NCBI GenBank assembly: GCA_052327205.1
Contig: CM126208.1
Coordinates: forward strand, 36,270,001-36,334,000
Origin: Somniosus microcephalus
Taxonomy: Eukaryota
Direction of reading: 5' to 3'
Length of the DNA: 64,000 bases
Shown: piece after piece, positions 1-9,794 of the stretch
How positions within the stretch are numbered: position 1 is the stretch's first letter
Layout of the letters: every line of letters starts with the position of its first letter
Position numbers and translations under genes: made by a program
The notes under the pieces: model-generated
What the model saw: the letters and a program-made list of their open reading frames with translations, nothing else
The model's database searches: none
Told to the model about the DNA's origin: nothing

Positions 1-79
1 AGATGTGAGAGTCTTCCACGTCGCCCCTCCTTCCAAGGCTCAGTCCTATCAGGGTGAGTAGGATTACGCTCCCCTTCAT
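1..79 (-). CDS. env: N-terminus of putative envelope glycoprotein (signal peptide), truncated by window edge
   Basis: Manual translation MKGSVILLTLIGLSLGRRGDVEDSHI; ATG preceded by acceptor-like tgtttttgtatctgttgcagactttcag; located downstream of integrase. Confidence 0.55.
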   Translation of the reverse strand, partial: MKGSVILLTLIGLSLGRRGDVEDSHI

Positions 80-341
80 CCTGAAAGTCTGCAACAGATA
101 CAAAAACATACAGCCAGGTCCCCAAGAGATTCTCTGGCTTGGGTGAAGCATAGTCGGGTCTCGCGACCTCGACTCAAATATACACACTCTTAGCAGATCA
201 CTACTTAATTAAACTACCCATCGCCTTACTTAAACTTAAGCTAAACACCCAAACTTAAGCTAAATACCTAAACTTAACAATAACCAAAACTTAAACTTAC
301 CTAAACTGTGTATATCCCCCGCCCGTCTCCGGGCGGCCAGG

Positions 342-1681
342 CTAATTTCTGGTAGGGCTGCGGCACACCGCTCCCTCCGGCGTGGCCACGCTGTCCTGCA
401 CTGTTGGTCCCTCGCCGCCCGTGGCCACTGGCTGGGGACCTCTGTCCTTGGATTTCCCCCTGACTCGGGAGGCTGTCCCTTTAAACTGGGGAGCTAGTGA
501 CCAGGGTTTCCTAGGTTGGGGCGTCCGTGGGGACCTTCTAGGGGCTTTGGTGGGTGGGGTTTTCTTGGCCGATGGGCCTTTAACCCGAAACGCTGTCCCC
601 TCCGGTGCGGCCTGTAGGCTTACCACTACCGCTGGCTGGGGATCTTCCCCCTTAGGCTTGACCTCTCCCGAACCTGGGCTAGGGGCAGGTAACTCTTCGC
701 AGCCTGTTGCTGTAGGCTGAGAGTCTCCGCCCCCAGGTCCCAAAACTGGGTCCGGGGCATAGTCTTCGCCCTCAGGTCCCTCCTCCTCTACACCCGGGTT
801 AGGGGCGGGGTTTTCACCCTCGGGTCCCTCCTCATCTGGATCCCAGAAGAGGGGGGGGCCCAATCGGTGGGCGGGATGGCCCCTCCCCTTAAACAAGTCA
901 CAGCGCCTGCCCATGCAGTCTGTGAACTTGCTCCTGCTGCAGGCTGAGGATTTTTAACCTCAGACCCTACCCCAACTGGCTGTTTTCTCCTCTCAGGTTG
1001 AAACAGTTTGCACTGGTTAATATGGAACCATTTGGTACGCTGAGGCATCTTAATGCTGTAGGGCCCCCATGTACAATGGTTCCAAACTTCCTACTGGGGC
1101 ATAGTTCCTCACCATGACCTGATCTCCTACCTCCCACTCGTGGTGCTTACGGGGTTCGAGCAGCAATTGGTTACTCCGATGCTGTCTTCCCATGTTCCCA
1201 GCTGTCTGCTCGTGGACCTGTTTAAGGTGCTCAAAAAGGTTTCGGACGAACCTGTCTCGGTTTACCTCCCTGAGCTGACCGTCCGTGAGCACCGGGGCTA
1301 GTACATGGGTGGGGGTCCGCATAACCCTGCCAGTCATCAGCTCGTACGGGGAGTACCCCGTGCTTTTCGACTGGCTGGCCCGGATCCCCATCAGAACCAA
1401 CGGTAGGACCTCGGCCCATTTACGGGCGAGTCCACCGTCTCCTTCCTCAACCTTTCTTTTCGGGTCCTATTCATTCTTTCCACAATCCCTGATTACTGTG
1501 GGTTGTGGGCCACGTGCCACTTCCCTTCGATGCCTAGCAGCATAAAGGTATTCTGCATCACCTGTCCAGTGAAGTGGCTCCCTTGGTCGGACTCCACATA
1601 CTGTGGTAGTCCCCACTGCAAGAACACTTCCCGGACCAGGATCCTGGCAGTACCCAGAGCTATGGCTGTTCTGCAGGGGAA
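342..1681 (-). pseudogene. Integrase core and C-terminus of the host element with long Pro-rich tail (frameshifted)
   Basis: Reads FP|CRTAIA...WGLPQYVESDQGSHFTG across the insertion site; ORF 1050-1400 STGYSPYELMTGR and GPY-like YMG; WFHINQCK; Pro/Glu-rich ORF 342-914. Confidence 0.8.
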
Positions 1682-1872
1682 TGTAGTGTATGTACTTTGC
1701 AGAAGGAACTATATTCTGCAGCCCCTGTATACTGCAGTACCAGTAGTGACCACCCCTGTATATAAGCCTGTGTAGTAACATTTGCATAGTAGTTCCAGGT
1801 TGCCTCCATTCAGTAAAGACCTGTTATAACCAACTCCTGCAGTCCGTGTCTCAATTATACATGGACATAATA
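1682..1872 (+). repeat. 5' LTR of nested Gypsy
   Basis: Direct repeat of 6641-6831; TG...TA termini; internal TATATAA and AGTAAA. Confidence 0.95.
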
Positions 1873-1873
1873 C

Positions 1874-1883
1874 TGGCGACGAG
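1874..1883 (+). promoter_or_regulatory. Primer binding site, tRNA-Ser(GCT)-like
   Basis: TGGCGACGAG just after the LTR, complementary to the tRNA-Ser 3' end CUCGUCGCCA. Confidence 0.75.
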
Positions 1884-2476
1884 CAGATACGAACTTACCT
1901 ACAGTCTGCACCACCTCATGGGGATCCATCCCTGAAGCGAAGTTATCAGAGGTCGAGGCCAGAAGGAAGAAAGAAACAGAAGAAACGGGCGTCGACCGTG
2001 GACATCCGCCTCTGAGTCAGCGGAGTTGAAGATTTGCAGGAGAGGCTGTCGAGAGCGGGGCTTGGTTATCCTGTCGATGGTGCTTCAGCTAATCGGGCTG
2101 GTGGCAGGTAGTACACTGATCCTTCCTCGGCTGCGGCAGTCTAGAGCTCGAGCGGGTGGCTTTGCAACGGGGCCGAGCAGCGTTGTCGGGAAGAGGAGAG
2201 AGAGAGAGGGTGGAGCACACAGGGCGCGGCCGGTGCTACGAAGCCGGGCAGTGTACAGACCCGAGAAGAGGGAGGCAAGAGTCCGCAGGGTTGTTCCAAC
2301 AACGGGGAAATAATAAAAATTAAATGCGCAGAAAGCCGCGAGGAGCTGCAGTTTGCCACGGGAACCGTGGAGAGCGGCGTTAGCAGCAGCGCGGGGGGAA
2401 GTGCGCGAAGACCATAGGGCGACGCCATCAAGGCATAAAACGCCAGCAACAGCGCTGGCAACAGCGGAGAAGACAG

Positions 2477-2582
2477 AAAGCGCGGGAGGCGCCATCTTAA
2501 TCCAGCGGGGAAGAAGGCAAAGCGCGGGAGGCGCCATTTTGTTAAATCGGGGAAGAAGGCAAAGCGCGGGAGGCGCCATTTT
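2477..2582 (+). repeat. 42-bp tandem repeat (about 2.5 copies) in Gypsy leader
   Basis: aaagcgcgggaggcgccat(c/t)tt...ggggaagaaggc repeated; each unit has CGCCATNTT. Confidence 0.85.
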
Positions 2583-2593
2583 AGATTTCCAAG

Positions 2594-3358
2594 ATGCCGA
2601 AGACTGGCAATATCACTGCCTTCGATAATGCAATAGAAGACTGGACCACGTATGTGGAAAGAGTCGAGGTATATTGCGAGGCAAACAAAGTAGCCGATGA
2701 GAAAAAGGCATCGGTACTGCTAAACTTAATGGGCGCAAGAACGTACGGCCTATTGCGGGACCTGATTACCCCAGCCAAACCGAAGGCGAAGAGTTTTAAC
2801 GAAATTGTTGCTATCCTACAGGCACACCTAAATCCTACACCGCTGCTGATAGCAGAAAGATTTAAATTCCACAGGAGAAATCAGCATAAAGATGAGAGCA
2901 ATGCTGATTACCTTACGGAACTACGCAAGCTATCAAAGCACTGCCAGTTCGGAGCAGGACTGGCAGATACCTTACGGGACAAATTTGTCTGTGGACTCCT
3001 GAGTGAAGGAACCCAGAAGAGGTTACTCTCAGAGAAAGAGCTGACGCTAGATAAGGCTTTCAGTGTGGCAGTATCGTACGAAGCAGCAGCAAGGGGAGCT
3101 GCGGAAATACAGCAAAAGCCACAGGAATACGGCACCCACGAAATGACACGGGGATTTGCAAAATGTTATCGCTGCGGCAGAACAACCCATGACCAGAAGG
3201 ACTGCTGGTCCAAGGACAAAATATGCAGGCAATGCGGAAAGATGGGACACATTGCACGAGTTTGCAGGTCTGGGAAGAAGACCGATGACAACAAAATGGC
3301 TACTAAGGAACCGTACAGGAAAGTACAAAAGATGACGGACAGTAGTTCCGAAGAGTAG
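2594..3358 (+). CDS. gag: Gag with two CCHC zinc knuckles
   Basis: CYRCGRTTHDQKDC and CRQCGKMGHIARVC; LRDKFVCGL; Mag-type N-terminus. Confidence 0.9.
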   Translation: MPKTGNITAFDNAIEDWTTYVERVEVYCEANKVADEKKASVLLNLMGARTYGLLRDLITPAKPKAKSFNEIVAILQAHLNPTPLLIAERFKFHRRNQHKDESNADYLTELRKLSKHCQFGAGLADTLRDKFVCGLLSEGTQKRLLSEKELTLDKAFSVAVSYEAAARGAAEIQQKPQEYGTHEMTRGFAKCYRCGRTTHDQKDCWSKDKICRQCGKMGHIARVCRSGKKTDDNKMATKEPYRKVQKMTDSSSEE

Positions 3359-6300
3359 ATGAGCGATAGTGAATCCAGGAACAAGAGACTAAGCTGTCTC
3401 AAACTTCACAACGTAATCGCAAAAGAGGATCACCAAACCATTTGGGTCACCCTCACGATAGCAGGGTCCCAAGTCAAAATGGAATTGGATACAGGATCAG
3501 CTCTAACCGTCATGAATCGACGAGACTACGAGCGGCTATTCTCACACATACCCTTGAAAGAGACATCCATTGTCTTGAAGACGTATACGGGGCAAAAAGT
3601 ATACCCCAGAGGAAAAATAAGGGTGCCTGTCGAATACAACGGCAAGGAAAGACAGAAATTGTATCTGTACATACTGCAAGATGGTGGACCACCGTTATTG
3701 GGACGTGAATGGATCAGAAAGATAAGTTTAGACTGGCACTCCATTCAGGCACTGACGGTGGCTGGTAAAAAGGATGACGACGTCACTCCTGGACGATTGT
3801 CAACAATCTTAGCTAACGCCAAAGAGGTATTTCAACAAGAACTGGGAACTCTTAAAGGCATAACCGCCTCGATAAAAATAGAAGAGAATGCAATTCCTAA
3901 GTTTTTCAAAGCAAGACCGGTACCATATGCAATTCGCCCAGCCGTCGAGGCAGAGCTGGAGAATCTGGAGAATGCAGGCGTGTTATCTAAGGTAGACTGG
4001 AGCGAGTGGGCGACACCCATCGTTCCTGTCATGAAGAAAACGTTAAACAATAAGTCTGAGGAGCCAAGGAAGGTTCGCATCTGTGGGGACTTCAAGGTGA
4101 CGGTGAACCCAGTCCTTCACACAGTACAATATCCTCTTCCAAGGATAGAAGATATCTTCGCCTCACTATCTGGAGGGAAGCGTTTTACAAAAATTGACCT
4201 AGCACAAGCGTATTTGCAGATGGAGGTTGAAGAATCCTCTAGGAAGTATCTCACGATAAACACTCACAAAGGTCTTTACCAGTATAATCGACTGGTATTC
4301 GGAGTAGCATCAGCTCCGGCGATATGGCAAAGAGCGATGGAACAAGTCCTGCAAGGAATTCCGGGGACTCAGTGTTACTTGGACGACATCCTAGTGACAG
4401 GTGATGATGACAGTGAACACCTTGCCAACCTAGAGCAGGTGCTCACTAGACTATGTGAACATGGGCTACGGGCCAATCGCCCCAAGTGCGAGTTTTTTAA
4501 GAAACAGATATCGTATTGTGGCCACGTGATTGATGAAGAGGGGTTACATAAGTCCCCTGACAAAATTGAAGCGGTAGTTAAGGCTCCAGTGCCTGAAAAT
4601 GTGTCGCAACTAAGGTCATTCCTCGGATTGGTGAATTACTACCATAAGCTTTTGCCGAATTTGTCCACAATTCTGCACCCACTGAACGCCCTACTACAAA
4701 CGAGAGTAGCATGGAAATGGAGCGATGAATGTAAGTGGGCCTTTCAGAAGAGTAAGGACCTAATCACTTCAAGAGAAGTATTGGCTCACTACAACCCATC
4801 ACTACCAATAAGACTGGCGTGTGATGCGTCTCCCTACGGCATTGGGGCGGTACTGTCACATAAATTACTTGATGGTTCAGAGAGGCCGATAGCTTTTGCG
4901 TCACGCTCGTTAACTTCAGCCCAGCGTAACTACGCCCAGATTGACAGAGAGACCCTCAGCCTGGTGTGGGGGGTGGAGAAGTTCAATCACTACCTGCACG
5001 GTCAGAAATTTACTCTACTTACTGATCATCAACCTTTTGTCTCCATTTTCAACCCTCAGAAGGGCGTACCGATAATGACAGCACAACGGCTACAGAGGTG
5101 GTCCCTTTTCCTAGGGGCACACCAATATGACATCGAGTACAAAGGAACTAAACAGCATGGGAATGCTGATGGATTGTCGCGCCTACCGTTGCCGACGGTG
5201 GAAGAAGAACTTGCAGTGGATCCAGTGGAGATATTCCACTCGACCATAGTCGAATGTCTCCCTGTGACGAATGCAAACATAGAAAAGGAAACACGAAATG
5301 ACCCGACACTCTCCTGGGTCTATGATTTAACGGTGAAGGGATGGCCAGCACATGGCGAACCACTGCTGCCAGCATTCTCGCCGAGAAGAGAACAGCTGTC
5401 AGTGTGCAGAGGAACCTTGATGTGTGGATCCAGAGTAGTAATTCCACCCAAATTGAAGGATAGAGTGCTCAATGAGCTTCATGAGGGTCATCTGGGAGGG
5501 GTAAAAATGAAGAACTTAGCCAAAGCGTTTGTGTGGTGGCCGGGAATCGATAGAGAAATCGAAGAGATGACCAAGAGCTGTACAGGATGCCAGAAGGTCC
5601 AAAACGCCCCACCACAAGCCCCTCTACATCCATGGGAGTGGCCCTCATCTCCATGGCAAAGGGTGCACATTGATTTTGCTGGTCCATTTTTGGACTCGAT
5701 GTTTTTAATTGCGGTGGATGCACATTCAAAATGGCCAGAGGTAATAAAAATGTCCTCAACCACCACAGAAAAAACTATCACAGTCTTACGAACCATATTC
5801 ACAAGGAATGGGCTGCCTGAACAGATTTGCTCCGACAATGGACCACAGTTTGTGTCTGAAGAGTTCCGGAGGTTCTTAAAGAACAATGGTGTTAAGCATT
5901 ACACATCCGCCCCATATCATCCAGCCACTAATGGATTGGCCGAGAGGTTCGTTCAAACATTCAAGAAGGCTATCAAGGCAATGTGTAATGAAGATATACC
6001 CCTACAGCACAAGGTGGATAACTTTTTGTTTGCCTACCGGAATGCGACACATGCGGTTACCAACCAAACTCCAGCCATGATGTTCTTCAATCGAAGACTA
6101 CGATGCCGCTTGGATTTGGTTAAGCCAAACATCAGAAGAGATGTGGAGAACAGGCAGTTTCAGAATATGAATGAAAGGCCGACCAGGAGTTTTAAGATAG
6201 GTCAACCAGTTTTGGCCCGGGGCTACCGCACAGAGAAATGGCAGCCAGGAACGATCTGTACACGGCAAGGACCTCTAATGTATACTGTGGACGTTGGAGA

Positions 6301-6628
6301 GAGTATTGTAAGACGCCATGCTGACCAGATTCTAGAGTCACTGGGAAACGTCAACTCCACACCACGATCTGATACACCTGGCGATGAAACCGAAGTACCA
6401 ATTGCATCTACCTCAGAATCGGTGATATTGGAAGCAGACAAACCAAACAACGACATCGATCCCGACTCAACGTTGCCAGAAGAACCTGATACCCCAAAGA
6501 GGCGTTATCCAGCCAGAATCAGGAAGCCTCCTCAAAGAAATTGCTTAACTTCAACTAATGTATCTAGCAACTGTAATTGTGAATATGTTATTTCATTGTT
6601 AATCGAATGTTATGTACTGTTTAGCTAA
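3359..6628 (+). CDS. pol: Pol polyprotein (protease, RT, RNase H, integrase)
   Basis: LDTGS, YLDD, DASPYG, HEGHLG...CTGC, VHIDFAG, SDNG, NGLAER; 1089 aa open. Confidence 0.95.
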   Translation: MSDSESRNKRLSCLKLHNVIAKEDHQTIWVTLTIAGSQVKMELDTGSALTVMNRRDYERLFSHIPLKETSIVLKTYTGQKVYPRGKIRVPVEYNGKERQKLYLYILQDGGPPLLGREWIRKISLDWHSIQALTVAGKKDDDVTPGRLSTILANAKEVFQQELGTLKGITASIKIEENAIPKFFKARPVPYAIRPAVEAELENLENAGVLSKVDWSEWATPIVPVMKKTLNNKSEEPRKVRICGDFKVTVNPVLHTVQYPLPRIEDIFASLSGGKRFTKIDLAQAYLQMEVEESSRKYLTINTHKGLYQYNRLVFGVASAPAIWQRAMEQVLQGIPGTQCYLDDILVTGDDDSEHLANLEQVLTRLCEHGLRANRPKCEFFKKQISYCGHVIDEEGLHKSPDKIEAVVKAPVPENVSQLRSFLGLVNYYHKLLPNLSTILHPLNALLQTRVAWKWSDECKWAFQKSKDLITSREVLAHYNPSLPIRLACDASPYGIGAVLSHKLLDGSERPIAFASRSLTSAQRNYAQIDRETLSLVWGVEKFNHYLHGQKFTLLTDHQPFVSIFNPQKGVPIMTAQRLQRWSLFLGAHQYDIEYKGTKQHGNADGLSRLPLPTVEEELAVDPVEIFHSTIVECLPVTNANIEKETRNDPTLSWVYDLTVKGWPAHGEPLLPAFSPRREQLSVCRGTLMCGSRVVIPPKLKDRVLNELHEGHLGGVKMKNLAKAFVWWPGIDREIEEMTKSCTGCQKVQNAPPQAPLHPWEWPSSPWQRVHIDFAGPFLDSMFLIAVDAHSKWPEVIKMSSTTTEKTITVLRTIFTRNGLPEQICSDNGPQFVSEEFRRFLKNNGVKHYTSAPYHPATNGLAERFVQTFKKAIKAMCNEDIPLQHKVDNFLFAYRNATHAVTNQTPAMMFFNRRLRCRLDLVKPNIRRDVENRQFQNMNERPTRSFKIGQPVLARGYRTEKWQPGTICTRQGPLMYTVDVGESIVRRHADQILESLGNVNSTPRSDTPGDETEVPIASTSESVILEADKPNNDIDPDSTLPEEPDTPKRRYPARIRKPPQRNCLTSTNVSSNCNCEYVISLLIECYVLFS

Positions 6629-6640
6629 AAGGGGAGGAGT

Positions 6641-6831
6641 TGTAGTGTATGTACTTTGCAGACGGAACTATATTCTGCAGCCCCTGTATACTGCAGTACC
6701 AGTAGTGACCACCCCTGTATATAAGCCTGTGTAGTAACATTTGCATAGTAGTTCCAGGTTGCCTCCATTCAGTAAAGACCTGTTATAACCAACTCCTGCA
6801 GTCCGTGTCTCAATTATACACGGACATAATA
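6641..6831 (+). repeat. 3' LTR of nested Gypsy
   Basis: Preceded by PPT 6627-6639, followed by TSD GGGAA. Confidence 0.95.
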
Positions 6832-7240
6832 GGGAAGGCCTCTACCCATTTGGTGAACACATCCACCAGTACTAGGCAGTACTTATAGCCTAACTGGGCG
6901 GTGGGCAGGGGCCCGATGTAGCCGACCTGTATCGACTGCCATGGTTCCTCTACCCTCCTGCTGTGTCCCATAGGTACCTTGCTTTTGTGGGGGTCAGGGT
7001 TATTAGCAGCACACACAAGACAGCCGGCACAGAACTCGCGGACATCTTCCCTGAGTCCCGGCCACCATCCCGCCTGTTCTACCCGCTGCCAGGTGGTCTC
7101 AGGCCCGGAGTGTCCCGCTCCTGGCCCCTCATGGGCCAGTTGAAAGAATTCCCTCCAGTGCTTTTGCGGCACAAACCACTGTTCCCCCCCCGGAACAGCA
7201 TGCCCTCTTTGATGGAGAGGGTTGCTGTGCTGTATGGACC
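6832..7240 (-). pseudogene. Integrase N-terminus (HHCC and start of core) of host element
   Basis: AHEGPGAGH...WWPGL...CAGCLVCA; PWQSIQVGYIGPLP...VDVFTKWVEAFP, cut by the nested Gypsy. Confidence 0.85.
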
Positions 7241-7242
7241 CT

Positions 7243-8388
7243 CTACTCCTTTCCCTCAGTTACTGCACTGAGGACCGCCTTGAGGACGGGGTCTTGGGCT
7301 TGGACCGTCTTAAGATACGGGGCTAAAGCTACCCCTGCACTCCCTTGGGTCCCGTCCCTACCTCTGACTGCCGCCATGGGTCTGGACCCATAGGGGTCCC
7401 AGACAGTGCCTGTGCGGGCACCCTCCTTGGCGAGCATGTCAGCCTGCTGGTTGCCTTGACTGCGGGGTTCTGTGGAGGAATGGGCTTTCACCTTGTGGAT
7501 GAAAACCTCCCCTGCCTCACCCACTGTGGCCAGGATCTTTTCCAGCAGGGGTTTTACTGTGAGGGGTCTCCCGTCGGCAGAGGTGTATCCGCAGCGGGAC
7601 CAAATGGCCAGGTACTCCGTACACGAATTGCACGTTAACATACTGTCTGAGCAAATCGTGTATGGGGTAGGGAAGATTTCGGGGTGTGTAACGACGTACA
7701 CTACCGTGGACAGTTCAGCCTGCTCGGCGCTCATGTTGCTGGGGAGCTTAATCGCCAGGGAAATGTTTGCCGCAGGGTCATAAACTCCACACCCCGTGAG
7801 ACGCTCACCAGCAGATACCGTGCTGGAACCGTCTACATAGATCTCGTGGCCCGTGGGATGTATCCCGGCCCGTAAACCTATGTTCACTTCCCAAACCCCT
7901 TCAATGGAACACCGGTGGGCTGTTCCAGGATATACCAGGTTGGCTGCGAGCTTTGGCTCGCAGAGACCCTTCACCTTAAGATCCATCTCTGAGAGGAGGA
8001 GGGTCCAGCGAGCAAAGCGGGCACTTCTCACTGTTCCATCCTTGATCCTCCCATCCAGAAGCATCTGGGTGGGTGTGTGATGGGTGAGGAGGGTGATGGG
8101 AGAGGTGCCTGTGAAGATCAGTGATCTCTTCACAGCCCAATGTGTGGCCAAGAGGTGCCTCTCACAATTGGAGTAGCTCCTTTCCACATCTGTGAGTATC
8201 CTAAAGGAGTAGACCACCGGCCTCAGCCGGCCATGCCGCTCTTGGAGCAGCACAGCACTCAGGCTATCCCCGCTGGCTGCTACCTCCAGGAAAAACTCTT
8301 TCCCCCCATCTATGGCCCCGAAAGCTGGTGCGGTCTGCAAGTCTTTCTTGAGCCTGACGAACGCTGCCTGGCAACCCTCATCCCAAAG
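7243..8388 (-). pseudogene. Degenerate tether RNase H plus second retroviral-type RNase H
   Basis: First domain FFLEVAAS...LSAVLLQ...YSNCERHLLA...TLLTHH; second domain YVDGSS...SAEQAEL...ICSDS...KVKAHS...GNQQADMLAK. Confidence 0.85.
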
Positions 8389-9200
8389 CTACTCCACTCC
8401 CTTGTGTAGGAGTCGGAGCAGAAGGGCTGCTGTGGCTGCATAGTCCTCAATAAAGTCTCTGCAGTACCCGGTTAGCCCTAGAAACGACTTCACACCCGTG
8501 ACTGTGTTGGGGATCGGTAACTCCTGTACCGCCTCCCTCCTAGCCTTGTCTATGGCCCTTTCTCCAGCGCGGACGGCCAGACCTAGGAATTTCACCTCCT
8601 GCTGGCCGATCTGCGCTTTCTTGGAGTTTACTTTGAAACCCTTCTGCCCAAGCAGCTCCAGCAGTTTGGCCAATAGTGGGCCATGCTCCTCTTTCGAATC
8701 AGTGAACAGGAGCAGGTCATCCACATATTGTACCAACTGTCTGGGCTGACTAAAATCCCTTAAACTGTTTGCCATACACTGATGGAAAATGCTGGGGCTG
8801 TTGTGGAAGCCCTGCGGCAAGCAGTTCCACGTGTACTGTTGCCCTTTAAACGTAAAGGCAAACTTGTACTGATCCTCCCTCCTTAAAGGGATGGACCAAA
8901 ACCTGTTGGAAATATCCAGCACCATGAACGTGGTCGCGGACGCTGGGATACTTCCTATCAGGTCGGCAACTGCTGCTACCGTGGGTGCACAGGCTGGGAT
9001 GTTACTATTGAGCACCCGATAGTCCACCGTGGCTCTCCAGGAATTGTCCGGCTTTCTAACTGGCCACAATGGAGAGTTTACGTGGGTGGCTATCGGTCTC
9101 AGAACTCCCTGCTGTACTAACGAGGACATGGCTGCTTCCATGTCTGGCTCTGCTTCCCTGGGGAAGTTATACTGTTTCTGTGGTCGGGCCATGGGGTCCC
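8389..9200 (-). pseudogene. pol: Reverse transcriptase of host element
   Basis: NSPLWPVRKPD, VDYR.LN, LPQGFHNSP, QYVDDLL, FLGLTGYCR; premature TAG at 8389-8391. Confidence 0.92.
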
Positions 9201-9203
9201 CGT

Positions 9204-9794
9204 CTACGCTGACCTCAAACCTTTGACCCTCCCACAGTCGTGTTTGTGTGTGGCAAATGTGGCCAGGTGGGCCTGCACAAATGCCTGGAACTCCTGTGGG
9301 GTGTTACTGACCATGAGCTCGAGGTTATCACCCTCTTTGGGCTTCATGGTGCATAGGGTCCCATTCCCTTCCTTTCCCAGGATTACTACTATCTCGCCGT
9401 CCTTTCCTTTACTTGCCCCCCATAGGCAATGATTCCTCAAATCTACTAGGATCCCGTGGCCTACAATGAAGTCGGCCCCCAGGACCCCTCTTCCACCCTC
9501 CACTTCCCATTTCATCAGGACACAGGTCCACTTGGAGCGGAGCGGTCCTAACCGAATGGCGAGCGGGATGGAAAATGAGCCAGCCTGTTCTTTGCCTGTG
9601 AACCCCGACAGACTGTATGGGACCCCGCTAGAGAGAGGTGAGGTGGTGGGGTTAGCTGAGTAGACCACAGTGCATGATGCTCCCGTGTCCAACAGATAGG
9701 TCCCCTTCACCCTTTCCACCTCCATCTCCACGAGGGGTCTTTTCCATTCATCATACCGGAGAGAACACAGGTAAACAGGCTGCGCTGGCTCTAG
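9204..9794 (-). pseudogene. pro: Aspartic protease of host element
   Basis: YLLDTGAS and VLGADF; in frame with gag after a single TGA; frameshift before RT. Confidence 0.85.

Larger units (their letters stand above)
1682..6831 (+). mobile_element. Full-length Ty3/Gypsy (Mag-like) LTR retrotransposon nested in host integrase
   Basis: 191-bp LTRs 1682-1872 and 6641-6831 with 2 mismatches; TSD GGGAA at 1677-1681 and 6832-6836; PBS TGGCGACGAG; PPT AAAAGGGGAGGAG. Confidence 0.96.

Noticed and set aside
2085-2579. 164-aa antisense ORF with MAPPALCLLPR repeats
   Set aside because: By-product of the 42-bp tandem repeat and GC-rich leader; no domain motifs
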